A stretch of 64,000 nucleotides of DNA from the NCBI GenBank assembly GCA_951406725.2, contig OX597818.1, positions 88,226,001 through 88,290,000 on the forward strand, in the 5' to 3' direction. Shown here piece after piece: positions 1-12,645 of the stretch. Both the position numbers and the translations under genes were made by a program. The notes beneath the pieces are model-generated. The model was given only the letters and a program-made list of their open reading frames with translations. It was not told the DNA's origin and made no database searches. Within the stretch, counting starts at the first letter, position 1; each line of letters starts with the position of its first letter. The stretch is from Octopus vulgaris (lineage: Eukaryota).

Positions 1-37
1 CACCTTATCTTCTCAGCGTCTCCCCGCCCCCAGCGGA

Positions 38-80
38 CTCCTAGACGCGTTTCTAGCTTCTTAACCTTCCTCAGTAGGAG
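38..80 (-). ncRNA. Minimal type I hammerhead ribozyme motif (Penelope/retrozyme type)
   Basis: Minus strand reads ctccta-CTGAGGA-aggttaagaagcta-GAAAC-gc-GTC-taggag. Stem I is a perfect 6 bp, the core is intact, stem III is the palindrome ACGCGT and the cleavage triplet is GUC. Stem II is weak (wobbles and an A.A mismatch at its base). Positions 7-16 pair with 100-109 and extend stem I. Confidence 0.7.
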
Positions 81-349
81 ATACCTAATAGAGATAAACC
101 TGAGAAGATTATAAAGTTTTAGATTTATCTTAGAACAATCACTATCAGTGACCGAGTTGCGCTGGTATTTTTACACCTTTTACCATAAGCTAGAATTCCT
201 TCTGCACGGTAACTGCGAGTGTATTTGCCTTTTGAAGTTAAAATATGCCACAAACATATTTTAACTTTCCTGAAGTTTGCTTGTACGTCATCACTACTTA
301 GCATTGCTATTTCTGTATTTACTTGGATCAAACGGTCCACGAACAGACA

Positions 350-350
<1 letters not shown>

Positions 351-426
<76 letters not shown>

Positions 427-480
427 CATGCACACACACACACACATACACACACACACACACATGCACACATACATGCA
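351..480. repeat. (CA)n microsatellite
   Basis: Direct reading. It is followed by a SINE family A fragment at about 482-565. Confidence 0.95.
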
Positions 481-837
481 TACATGACGGCTTCCACGCA
501 GTTTCCATCTGTCAAATTCACTCTCAGTGTATTAATCGGCTCGAGGCTGTAGATAGAGACACTTGTAGACCGGCCCGCTTAGAGTATAAAGGAGAGGTCT
601 GGGGAATTTGCTTTTAACCAATTGCCTCAAAATATATCTATTTACGCCGATGTTACTTCTTTGATTTGAAAGGAGGAATATCGTAGATCTTTTTCGAATT
701 CAAAAGGTTTATCGAATCTATTATAAATATAAAAAATATATCGAATCTATAATAAATATAAAAAGCATAAAACACATGCGATAAAATAAATTAATATCCT
801 CATTATGAAACAAAAGGATTCGTCTAGAAACTTTTTT

Positions 838-1380
838 CACTTCAGGTTTTTGGAGAAATGATGTTTCGTTTTTGTTACAGTTATATCAAACTTGGAGCAT
901 TTTGAAGCCAGAGCAACTTGGATACTGTCTTCAGGCTCCAATAGATTTCTCTGCTTTGTTTTTATGTTTATTAGAGTGGAAAATCTTTGTTCGCAAAGGT
1001 AGGTTGTTACAAAAGCAGCAAGCTATTGACTGTCTCCTCATGTCCAATTTTGAAAGCCTTTGCAGCGCTTTGCTTTTATTTTAAATACAATACGTAATTC
1101 ATGATTGGATCGATGTTCAAGAAGTGTCTCTGTCAACCCTTGATGCTCTTCTGGTACATCAGCAATTTCACATTTAAGGGGATCTACAAACCAACTGTCA
1201 GTGAGTGACTCAAGGTCTCGAAAGTAATAAGAGAAGCGTTTTCTGAGTTTGATAAGGTGCTTCATAACCGTATCCTTTATATCGTCAAAAGAAATATTTT
1301 CACAACCTTTCAAAAGTAAAGCTAACTTTCAAAAGCAGCTATCTTGCTTAGCTTTGCGTTCTGTCTCCAATATAAAAGCT
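838..1380 (-). pseudogene. Decayed hAT (Charlie/Buster-like) transposase C-terminus
   Basis: Minus translation gives ..KHLIKLRKRFSYYFRDL..WFVDPL..LTETLLE.. then, after a frameshift, VTTYLCEQRFSTLINIKTKQRNLL. This matches the hAT dimerisation motif TTYLCExxFSxxxxIKTKxRNxL. Confidence 0.8.
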
Positions 1381-2040
1381 TTCACTTGTCTAATGAGAGC
1401 TCATTAACCCCAAGAATTTCCTTTTAACCCAACTTGGGGTAATTTACCTCGGCTCGCAGACTCCTGGTATAAAGAGTCAAGAGCCGAAATACTTACATGA
1501 AGAGGGTTTCTTCGCTAAAGACCTTCTGGTGTCCGATTCTTCGAAGGAATTTCTCCTACCTATCGACGTGCTTATCCATTCTCTAACTAAGGGACATTCG
1601 GCTCATGTAGCGTAGTATTAGCACAGTATATGTACGGGTTGTGTGTTTTTACTGACTGGTGTATATTTTATTAATAGTTTTCATATTGTTCTATACTTTG
1701 GTCTACAAACGTCTTGTGGCATTCATTATTAACTAGCATTTGTTTAATTCCATATATATTCATTATTATTTATTTTATACAATCACATGAAACAAAATAT
1801 CCCCCTTAAAATAAGCTCCATCAACGAAAGCAAGCAAACGCGCAACATCATATTCACACACAGGCAGCGTAACGCATTCGCTAGCGACTAACGATGTACT
1901 GACACTGAGCGATGGCAGAAAAATTTCTGTCTTCGTAAAACTAAGCTGAACTTACGGTGCATGTGATTGATAGTTCTATGCGTATTAGATATATTGAACT
2001 TGAAGTGCATTCACATTGAATCCCATGGATTAAATAAGCA

Positions 2041-2430
<390 letters not shown>

Positions 2431-2880
2431 ATCGGAATTTAGTGAAATAATTTTATGTTTAATAATTAATACTTATAATTTTAGCCTGCAAAATCATTGT
2501 CCATCTTTTCTAAACAGGCGGCATATCTCTGATACATACGCAAATATAATTAATCATAATATATTTTCTATAATAAATTTCGAAGTGTATTTATATATAC
2601 ATATGTATAAAAAATATATATATAAATACAAAATGAGACAAGAACGCAAAACACTCAAATAGACGACACAGAAAACGGACGGGTCACTCGAAGCCTCTAA
2701 TCTTCAGTCAAGAACCGGATCATCCTCGCAATTTCGGCTGATTAATCTTGAGATCGCTCCGATCCGGCCAGCCCCAAGGAAAAACTAAGCTACGAGCATT
2801 AGATTTCTTGGAAAAAGGATCGAATGTATACGAAACAAGGACAGAAAAACGGACGATGCCACACGAATATAAATACAAAA

Positions 2881-2941
<61 letters not shown>

Positions 2942-2944
<3 letters not shown>

Positions 2945-3207
2945 CAGTGTACATTTAAACACATAAGAGATGACCATAACAGGACATCTGACCCGCTAGA
3001 AAGACTAGTTAACGCCAATTGTAAATTATTTTATTTACAAAAGATTGCTTGAAACTATGCATAGTCCAGGAAAAATAGGGTAAATGTTTTTATTTTTCAT
3101 TCCCTTTCAGAATTACAACAATTAGTGATTTGTAGTTTAACTACTCTTTCTAGCGAGTCAGATGTCCTGTTATGGCCATCTCTTATGTGTTTAAATATAC
3201 ACTGTAT
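2942..3207. repeat. Inverted repeat with ~71-bp arms (2942-3012 / 3137-3207) beside a (TA)n tract
   Basis: atacagtgtacatttaaacacataagagatgaccataacaggacatctgacccgctagaaag is the near-perfect reverse complement of 3137-3207. Confidence 0.9.
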
Positions 3208-3948
3208 TTTTATATGAATAATATATAGTCTATTGACTAATTTTTTCTTCTCGCTAGACCACTGGTAGCAGGGAATTTTTCTAAAAAAGTTTTGCTACCC
3301 TTAGATTTATAATTATATATATATATATATATTTCGCTATTTTCCCAATTTTTGTTCAGATTATTTTAATCGCCTATTTCAGCAATAGGGAAGTACGCAA
3401 CGACATTAAGTACCTTTCTCTTCTATAATAAACTTCATTGTGTGTGTGTGTGTGTGTGGGGGGGGGTTGTATATGTGTGTTTGTGTGTGTCTGTGTGTGT
3501 GCATGCGTGCGTGCTGCGCTCATATATATACATATACCCTGGCTAGCAAAGTGTTCGAGTAGCCGTACGAATGTTTCGGTTTTGCTTAACCAAAAGCATG
3601 ACTAATTACACTTCAATTATTAAAAAATCACTTCAACAATCCAGACAATTGTATCAAATAGGTATGTTATAATCCTCACAGAATGAAGAATAATTTTGAT
3701 AAAGAAAAAGAGAAGTTAAATTAATGTTATGTACGTTTTGATGAACGAACGTTATTTATTCCATATTATATACGAGTTGTGCAATTTTGTGTAATGTTAA
3801 GTAATTTTATTGCATACAAGTTACATAATTCTACATGTAATACGAAATGAACAAAGTTCGTTAACCGAATCGTACGTAATATTGGTTTGACCTCTCTTTT
3901 TACATTATTTACAGTTGACGGATATTTGTTCTCATCTTGTTTGTTGTT

Positions 3949-3994
3949 AACACAACGTTTCGGCTGATTTACCCTCCAGCCTTTATCAGGTGTC
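3949..3994 (-). ncRNA. Minimal type I hammerhead motif with a G8A core change
   Basis: gacac-CTGATAA-a-ggctg..cagcc-GAAAC-GTT-gtgtt. Stem II is a perfect 5 bp; the core has A in place of G8. Confidence 0.6.
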
Positions 3995-4069
3995 TTGGGG
4001 AAATTTCAAACCTGGGTTCTCATTCCTAAGGTATTTTTCGCTGTTGTTGTTGTTGTTGTTGTTATTATT

Positions 4070-4183
<114 letters not shown>

Positions 4184-4211
4184 ATTATTATTATTATTAT
4201 TACTATTATTA

Positions 4212-4306
<95 letters not shown>

Positions 4307-4310
<4 letters not shown>

Positions 4311-4381
4311 TCACTGCCTGGAATCCAACTCGGAATCTTGGGGTTAGTAGCCCGCGCTCTTAATCACTACGCCATATGCCC
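4307..4381 (-). other. tRNA-derived SINE head (Pol III A and B boxes), not a functional tRNA
   Basis: A box TGGCGTAGTGA, anticodon-like arm ggg-ctACTaa-ccc, B-box-like AGTTGGATTCC. The acceptor stem pairs poorly. Confidence 0.7.
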
Positions 4382-4423
4382 GTGGGCCTTAGGAACGAGA
4401 ACCCAGGTTTGAGATTTCCCCAA

Positions 4424-4469
4424 GACACCTGATGAAGGCTGGAGTGTATATCAACCGAAACGTTGTGTT
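4424..4469 (+). ncRNA. Minimal type I hammerhead ribozyme motif
   Basis: gacac-CTGATGA-a-ggctg-gagtgtatat-caacc-GAAAC-GTT-gtgtt. The core is intact, stem I is gacac/gtgtt, stem III is the palindrome AACGTT, and stem II has one mismatch. Confidence 0.75.
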
Positions 4470-4954
4470 AACAACAAACAAATATTCGTCAATTGTAAAT
4501 AATGTACTTAATTCCTCATCTCTTAAATATAGAACTGCAAAATTATATTGGTACGAAGTTGCTGAGATCCTTTGACTGATAAATGGGGGATGATTTGACG
4601 ACTTTCTATATCTGTTTTCCGTTTGTTGGTGCTTATATGTATTATGGTTTTTAACTTATTATTATTTAATGGAACGCTATACATTGTTTCATTTTGTTCA
4701 CACTAAGCGAATTTCTTTTAGAACTTTATAATTTATAATTTATTTGTGTTGTTTTTATAAAAAATTTCAGCCTCATTATATCATACAAATAAATCATTTA
4801 AACGGTGGTGCATCAGCATGGCCACAGCTCTGAGCTGTAACTAGAGAAAAGAATCCATATTTCTCCAATTTTCTTTCTTTGATCATATATATATAAAGAT
4901 AGATATTTTTCAATTTGTGGTACCATCAATCTCGACACTCTTTTCTCTGTCTCC

Positions 4955-4997
<43 letters not shown>

Positions 4998-5211
4998 CCT
5001 CTCTATCTCTCTCTCTCACCATTTCATCCCTCTCACCGCTTTCTGTTAAAGAACCTTTAGCTTTCTGTACATTTGAACCATATACTATAAGTATACATAC
5101 AACACACACACACACACACACACACCACACAACATACACCATATACCACACATATACACACATATATATATATACCACACATATACACAAATACCATATA
5201 CCACAAAGACA

Positions 5212-5252
<41 letters not shown>

Positions 5253-5335
5253 TCACACATAGATATAAGAGGTGAGGACCGAAACCCTTCAAAGGGATGT
5301 CAAATATCTAAGTCAATCAGTACAGCCCAAGCAAA

Positions 5336-5376
<41 letters not shown>

Positions 5377-5378
<2 letters not shown>

Positions 5379-5737
5379 CTGGATATATAGATTTTCACAG
5401 TAACCACAGTCACTGGCGTAGAAAATCCGTTCGAAAACAATAATAAATCTCTGAACGAGATATAAACAGTAACTGCTCTATAACATAAGGGGGGTCAGCC
5501 ATCTGAATGTGGCTAGAGTCAGGGCGGGGTGGTGGGGGTGTTACTGATGCATTTAGCCCCAGGCGAACATCAACGTCACCAGAAGAGCTGACACCATCTC
5601 GGTGGGCTGGCAAGGACACCGAGATGGTGTCAGCTCTTCTGGTGACGTTGATGTTCGCCTGGGGCTAAATGCATCAGTAACACCCCCACCACCCCGCCCT
5701 GACCCTAGCCACATTCAGATGGCTGACCCCCCTTATG

Positions 5738-5742
<5 letters not shown>
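5377..5742. mobile_element. Fold-back copy of the 360-nt retrozyme-like family inside (TA)n
   Basis: Arms 5479-5604 and 5617-5742 are 126 bp with one mismatch seen, around a 12-nt loop. The sequence is homologous to 30092-30557 and is flanked by (TA)n on both sides. Confidence 0.85.
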
Positions 5743-5792
<50 letters not shown>

Positions 5793-6935
5793 ATATATAT
5801 TCAGTATTAGCAAAAGGAATAAATGAAATATAAGGAAAGGAACAAATGTAGGTGTAGACGATCTTTAATTCATAATCCAGGTTGGTACAGATCCAATATA
5901 AAATCGACAAATTGTTTCGGCGTCTAATTAATTCCAAAGACAAAAACGAAAAACTTTTCTTGAAATAAAAATTAGATTCCTCGTCAGGAATAACATATTG
6001 GTATGAATAATATAAAAAAGACCTTTCATAGTCCAGACGGAAACGAACAAGAAATAATATATTCATATATAATTTTAACTAAGAAACCGTTAACATGCTG
6101 CTCATATTAAATAAAGTGTTAAGCATTATCGTTTGTAAATTATCAGCTCCAGTTTTAGTCATATGTGATGCATTGTATGGTGTGTGTGTGTGTGTGTGTG
6201 TGTGTGCAATATCAGAAATGTATTTACATATGTTTATTGCATGTATGTATAGTCTATTGCAGAGAAGTTATAATATATTTTATACGGTAACTCATTTACA
6301 TTAATCATAGGAAATATATATGTAGTGAACATATACTGAATAAAATTTGTATAATGTGAAGAAAGTGTGTTTCATTGCACATATCATAATGACATTTATA
6401 TTATGCATATAAACTAATTATGCTTCATTGACAAAAGATACTACTTTTGGTAAATGAACTTTGATCATACCCTAGCTTGGTAACATGCTCTGTAACGAGT
6501 TCATATATACATGGGGGTGTTCTTAATGTTGATGAAATTTATCAAATAGCAGTTTCAGCATGTTACACTTAAAATGTCATTTTTGACGGCACGGTTATAC
6601 TACTAGTATGCCATAATTTTGAATTCAAATTTTGGTACAAGGCCAGCAATATCGGGGGAGGGTATCAATTACATCGGCCCCAGTGATTAAATGGTACTAG
6701 TTTTATTGACCCCGGGAGGGATGAAAAACAAAGTCGAGCTCAGCGGAATTTGAACTCAGAACACAAAGAAGGACGAAATGCTACGAATCGTTTTTCCCGG
6801 CGAGTTAACGATTCTGGCAGTTCGCTGCCTCACTAGTATACCATAGTATAATATTCTACTAATGCTCTGGTATAAGCGGGAAACATCAGCGTCGAAATTA
6901 TAAATACACTCTGTAACATATATTGAGATTTCTCC

Positions 6936-6979
<44 letters not shown>

Positions 6980-6980
6980 G

Positions 6981-7107
6981 TACTTGGTTGAGGAAAAAGT
7001 TCGTGCGCCATATTAGAATAATGAACTGCATAAATACACACACCACAAAATATATTTAGAAAAGCATTATTTTAACACGGCACACGAACTTTTTCCTCAA
7101 CCTAATA
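6981..7107. mobile_element. Mariner-type MITE
   Basis: Imperfect TIRs of about 40 bp (ttggttgaggaaaaagttcgtgcgcc.. / ..ggcacacgaactttttcctcaacctaa) bounded by TA. They resemble mariner TTAGGTTG..AAAAAGTT ends. Confidence 0.8.
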
Positions 7108-7335
7108 TTTATATGTCTGTGTGTGTATAGATATATGTATATATATTATATATTATATGTACGTTATATACTATATACTAGCGGTTCGGCAAAAGAGACC
7201 GATAGAATAAGTACTGGGCTTACAGAGAATAAGTCCCGGGTCGATTTGCTCGACTAAAGGCGGTGCTCCAGCATAGCCACAGTCAAATGACTGAAACAAG
7301 TAAAAGAGTATATATATATTATATATTATATATTA

Positions 7336-7396
<61 letters not shown>

Positions 7397-8244
7397 GATA
7401 GATAGATTGATAGATAGATAGATATACATACATATGTATACATAAGTGTATATATGTATGTGTGTGTTGTGTGTATGTTGTGTGTGTGTGTGTAACTATA
7501 TGTAATGCATATCTGTGTGTGTTTATGTGTGTATGTTGAAAGACGGAGACAGAGTCAATTTGTTAAGCAGTCAGACAGACTAAAAGTGACAAAGACTGAG
7601 GAGATAAAAAAAATTCAAACCTTAAGTGATACCAAGTGCAGGGATCGAGATAACATCTTATTGGTTATAAAATCTTTCCCATTTGACCCCGCGCTAAAAA
7701 TGATAGAGAGGGTCAAGAAAGGTACTTTCAGCTTTGATTTCGCTTATCTTGTATCTTACGTAGTGGGTCTGAATCCGGAACCATGTGGTTAAGCAGCAAA
7801 CCTCTTGCCACACAGCCGCGACTGCACCTATCCACACAACTTGTGCTTATATGAAGACTTGGTTTAATATTTGCGGCAGGAAAAGAGTGGAATTAATTAT
7901 TTGAAATAAGTTAATTACTAGCTTCTCATTTTCTTTTAGGCGCAAGCATGGCTATGTATTTCAGAAGCTCGCTTTGGTTTCGGCTCAGTCCCACAGCGCG
8001 GTACCTTAGTCAAGTGACTTCTACTATAGCCTTGGACCGACCATAGCCTTGTGAGAAGATTTGATAGACGAAAACTGAAAGAAGCCTGTCGTATGTATAC
8101 ATCTATGTATGTGTGTCTTTATGCTTGTATTTTCCCCAACCACCACCATCACAGCTTGACAATCAGTGCTGGTTTGTCTGTTCCCCCGTAACTTAGCTAT
8201 TCGGCTAAATGAGACCGATAGAATAAGTACAAGACTTTAAAAAT

Positions 8245-10554
8245 AAATGGAGTCCTGCCACATGAGCAGAGGTGGTGCAAGCGTAAGTACAGAGGTACCA
8301 AGGATCAACTCCTGGTAGACAAAACTGTACTTAGAGATTGCAAGAGGAGGAAAACTAACTTAGCCATGTCATGGATCGATTATCGTAAGGCGTACGATAT
8401 GATCCCACATTCTTGGATTATGGAATGCATGTGTCTCTTTGGTATTGCATCGAATATTGAGTGATTGCTTGGAAAAAAATATGGCGACGTGGAGATGGAA
8501 CTGACAGCATAAGGACGAAGTTTAGGGACAATAGAAATCAAGAGAGGCATCTTCCAAGGGGACTGCATGTCCCCACTGAACTTTGCACCGTGCATGATAC
8601 CACTAACTCTGATTCTGAGGAAAGCAAACGCTGGATATGTATTCAAAAGCCACCAACAAAAAGTCCATCACTTGTTATTCAGGGATGACCTCAAACTTTG
8701 TGGTAAAGTTGAAACCCAAGCCAGATCCTTCGTTGATACGGTGTATAATTTCAGTGCTGATATCAGAATGGAGTTCGGACTGAAAAAGTATGGTGTTTTA
8801 GACTTGAAGAGAAGCAAAATTAAATCTATGGACAGGCTAACGATAATGTCGGGAGATGTTATGAAGCAAATTCAAGAGACGAGCTATAAGTACTTGGGGA
8901 TATTGGAAATGGATAAATTGATGGAGAAAGAAATGACAGAAAAATCTAAGGTACAATACTTGTGCAAACCGTGACCGATCCTTAAGTCGAAATTAAACGG
9001 ACGGAATAAGATTGAAGCTTTTAACACCTGGGCAGTGTCAGTCCTTAGATATGGAGCAGGGGTACTCGCATGGACAGTAGCCGAACTAAACAACTTAGAC
9101 AGAAAGACAAGAAATTTGTTGACTAGATATGGGATACTCCACCCAAAAAGTGACACAAGAAGACTGTATATACCAAGAAAAATAAAGGGAAGGGGGAAGA
9201 GGACTCATTGGATGCGTACAGAGCATTAGGGCAAAAGAAAATAACATAGCATGGTATGTAAAAAATGCCACAGAACTGCTATTATTCGAAGTAAGAAGGT
9301 CAGGCTTGTGTAGGATGGGAGATTGCACCGTACAAGCACTGTACAAGCACTTGAGAATGAATGAAACTGAAAATAGGTGGATAAAAAAAAGAATGCTTGG
9401 ACAATTTCATAGCGATGTTGAAGATAAGACAGACAGAGAAAAAAAGATGGCTATGGATGACTAAAAGTGATTTAAAACCGGAAACGGATGCTCTAATATG
9501 TGCTGCCTGAGAGGAAACATTAACAACCAATTATATCAAATACAGAATTGATAACACATCAGAAAGTGATAAGTACAGAATTTGTGGAGAAAATGGAGAA
9601 ACCGTATGGCATATTACCAGTCAATGTACGCTACTAGCGCAGAAAGAATATTAGAGACGTCATGACAACATAGTAAGGATTGTACATTGGACACTTTGCA
9701 ACAAGTATGGTCTTGACAGAGCAAAAAGGTCGTACGAACATAAGCACGAAGGCATAATCGAAAATGATAATGCAAAAACCCTATGAGATTTTTGATTGGG
9801 TGTGACCAGAATGAGAGAATAGGAAACCAGACATAGGAGGAAATACAGCCGTGTTTCGTGGTCTGCTACCACAACAGCTCCTTTATAGGATCCAGTCAGC
9901 TCAAGACATCATGAGGAGGAACCACGTCCGGTTTCGACCCCTACTCTTCTACTGTTTTAACGTGACCCCCCCCCCTTCGGAGGTGTCTTCAGCTCTGGTG
10001 TTGGGTGCATGTCTTCTTTCTTCTGTTCCCTGGCCTCTTCGATGTATCGTCAGCGAGTGTCAGCCGGTGACTGACTGACTTGTCAAAGTTTTGTCTTTAA
10101 ATACCCTCCGCTAGGCTCCAGCAAGTTGTCACGTGACACTGTCTCACCATAACTGACTAGTGAAGGCGCGGAGTTTTAGCTAATTAAGAAAGAAAGCAAA
10201 CGATGCCAGATCATAGATATAGCATGTCCAGCTGACAACAAGGTTTGCGATAAGGAAGAAAAAAGTCGGTAGATATGACAGGTTAACTTGGGAGGTTAAG
10301 CAGTTGTGGTTGCTGAAAAAGGTGGTAGTACTACCAATAATTGTCGGAGCCCTGGGAACAGTGAATAAAATTCTTGAGAGGTACATGGAATAAATAGGGG
10401 CTGCAATAAGGGTGGATCACTTGCAGAAAGCAGCACTGCTTAGAACACGAACACTCCGGATGGTGCTCGAAGAATAAGGGGTGTTACCTTAGATGACTGG
10501 TAGTGAACAGCTGACACCGTAGTATATCTCGAGAGTTGCAAGCTGTGCAAAGGC
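8245..10554 (+). mobile_element. 5'-truncated, decayed R4/Dong-clade non-LTR retrotransposon (RT, zinc knuckle, RLE)
   Basis: RT motifs [33 protein letters not shown] and HLLFRDDLK; knuckle ICGENGETVWHITSQC; RHD; RLE motifs RKPDI..IIDIACP..PIIVGALG. A 3' UTR is followed by (AAT)n. It has many stops and frameshifts and is interrupted at about 9837-10179. Confidence 0.9.
9837..10179. mobile_element. Unclassified ~340-bp insertion splitting the LINE RLE domain
   Basis: The LINE reading frame stops at ..RKPDI (9836) and resumes at ctaattaagaaa (about 10180). The intervening sequence is GC-richer and non-coding. Confidence 0.6.
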
Positions 10555-10649
<95 letters not shown>

Positions 10650-10651
<2 letters not shown>

Positions 10652-10860
10652 GTTTCAAATTTTGCCACAAGGGCAGCCATTTTTGGGGAGGGGATAGTTC
10701 GATTGCTTCGACCCCAGTGTTTCATTGGCAATTTATCGACCCCGAAGGATAGAAGGCAAAGTCGACCTCGGCGGGATTTGAATTCAGAACGTGGTGACGG
10801 GCGAAATACTTCTAGGCACTTTCCCCGGTGCGTTAACGATTTCGCCAGCTCGCCCCCTTC
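10650..10860 (-). mobile_element. SINE family B (tRNA head plus Meta/MESC-like core)
   Basis: Head ggcgagctggc..gttaacgcaccggg and core tcgactttgccttctatccttcggggtcgataaa. Other copies at about 6630-6830, 16855-17440, 20490-20710, 26558-27020, 35137-35300, 35875-36080, 42100-42250 and 42567-42790. Confidence 0.8.
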
Positions 10861-10907
10861 TTAATAATAACAGCAGCAGCAACAACAACAACAACAACAA
10901 CAACAAC

Positions 10908-11000
<93 letters not shown>

Positions 11001-11435
11001 TAATAATCATCATCATAAAGGACAAAAATGGAGGGATCAGCGTGTAAGGTTTTATAACTCCCTCCAACCAGTCTCCCACTCCTCTAATCTTAAAAATGTG
11101 AAGGGATCACGACAATATATGTTGCTTTCAAAAAAGTGAAGGGTTTAAGGCTAGACGATTATATATGTATCTTAGGGTTTATAAACACTAAATCCCCGTC
11201 ATCATTATCCTTAATAAAAAAAAAATATACTAAACAACGGATAATTTATGAAAGAGTTTATTGATATTTCGCTTCCAGCTCGAGCCCCACTATATAAAAA
11301 GAAAGGGTTAAGGTAATATAAAGTTTATAAAAGCTGCCTCCTAGCCACCGCCCGCCATTTCTCCTTTGCCTGCTTTCAGTCAAATTGAGCTGTACCGCCA
11401 TATTTCTTTTATAGAAATATGACAGCTCATTGGTA

Positions 11436-11469
<34 letters not shown>

Positions 11470-11821
11470 GGTGGTGTATGTATAGATAGTAGAGGCGAGA
11501 ACGAGTGAGGGAAAAAATAGAAGAGGAGGCCATAAGAAGTGGGGATGGAGATGAAAATATAAATGCCCCTTAAATAATACACGCACACACACACATGAGT
11601 TTTGTACACAGATAAATTTTGTACACACATAAGGTCTAAATGCAAATTAGTTAACACACACACACACACACATACAGTTCGTTTTTGTATTTTGTTTGCA
11701 AGATTCTTTACGTGAATTCGTGTGTTGAAGCATATGTTATTGTGTCTGGGAAGAGTCGATTTGTTTTAACGCTTTATTAATTAACACACCGGTTCGATTT
11801 CCACTCCTTTAGTTACACTTT

Positions 11822-12223
11822 TACTCTCTTACTCTTTTACTTGTTTCAGTCATTTTTGACTGCAGCCATGCTGGAGCACCGTCTTTAGTCGAGAAAATCG
11901 ACCCCAGGACTTATTCTTTGGAAGCCTAGTACTTATTCTATCGGTCTTTTTGGCCGAACCGCTAAGTTACGGGGACGTAAACACACCAGCTTCGGTTTTC
12001 AAGCGATGTTGGGGGCACAAATACAAACACACAACATATACACACACATACATGTATATATACGACAGGCTTCTTTCAGTTTCCGTCTACTAAATCCACT
12101 CACAAGGCTTTGGTCGGCCCGAGGCTATAGTAGAAGTCACTTGCCCAAGTTACCACAGTATGGGACTGAACATAGAACCATGTACTTGCGAAGCAAGCTT
12201 CTTACCACAACTACGCCTGCGCC
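11822..12223 (-). mobile_element. SINE family A, full length
   Basis: tRNA-like head ggcgcagg.gt.g.tgtggtaag, CORE-like ttgggcaagtg, internal TA/TG microsatellite and tail ..gactgaaacaagtaaaagagta. Confidence 0.85.
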
Positions 12224-12256
12224 TATATAAATACATACATACATACATACATACAT

Positions 12257-12374
<118 letters not shown>

Positions 12375-12440
12375 CGATGAAAGTAAACAAAGGTTGCTTT
12401 AGAAGCGTTGAAATGTCTAGAAGGTTAAGGAAGTAATTTT

Positions 12441-12588
12441 TATTCTCAAACGCAGAATAATGCTAATAATATAGCATGAACAGGATAAACTAACCATATT
12501 TTGCAGAAAAAAGTTTTGGCGGCCATTCTGTAAAATATGGGTAGTTTATCCTGTTCATGCTATATCATTAGCATCATTCTGTGTTTGA

Positions 12589-12593
<5 letters not shown>
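12441..12593. repeat. Fold-back with ~68-bp arms (12441-12508 / 12526-12593) abutting (TA)n
   Basis: tattctcaaacgcagaataatgctaataatatagcatgaacaggataaactaaccatattttgcagaa pairs with its downstream reverse complement, with a few mismatches. Confidence 0.9.

Positions 12594-12645
<52 letters not shown>

Noticed and set aside
1450-1510. ggctc..gagccGAAA hairpin as hammerhead stem II
   Set aside because: No CUGANGA precedes the stem.
2690-2790. Hammerhead on the minus strand (ggctg..cagccGAAA and a downstream CTGAAGA)
   Set aside because: The core segments are in an order and spacing that give no consistent three-stem fold.
4307-4381. Functional tRNA-Ser(ACT) gene
   Set aside because: Poor acceptor stem, altered B box, no long variable arm, and it is embedded in a repeat.
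5262-5301. taaga-ggt-gagg-acc-GAAA-ccct-tcaa-aggg hammerhead remnant
   Set aside because: The CUG and stem I are missing and there is no U16.1.
5890-5995. Minus-strand CTGACGA ... GAAACaatttGTC
   Set aside because: The core halves are far apart and stem I does not pair.
11290-11410. TATA-like boxes plus two CCGCCAT (YY1-like) motifs as a promoter
   Set aside because: Short motifs like these can arise by chance, and no linked first exon was identified.
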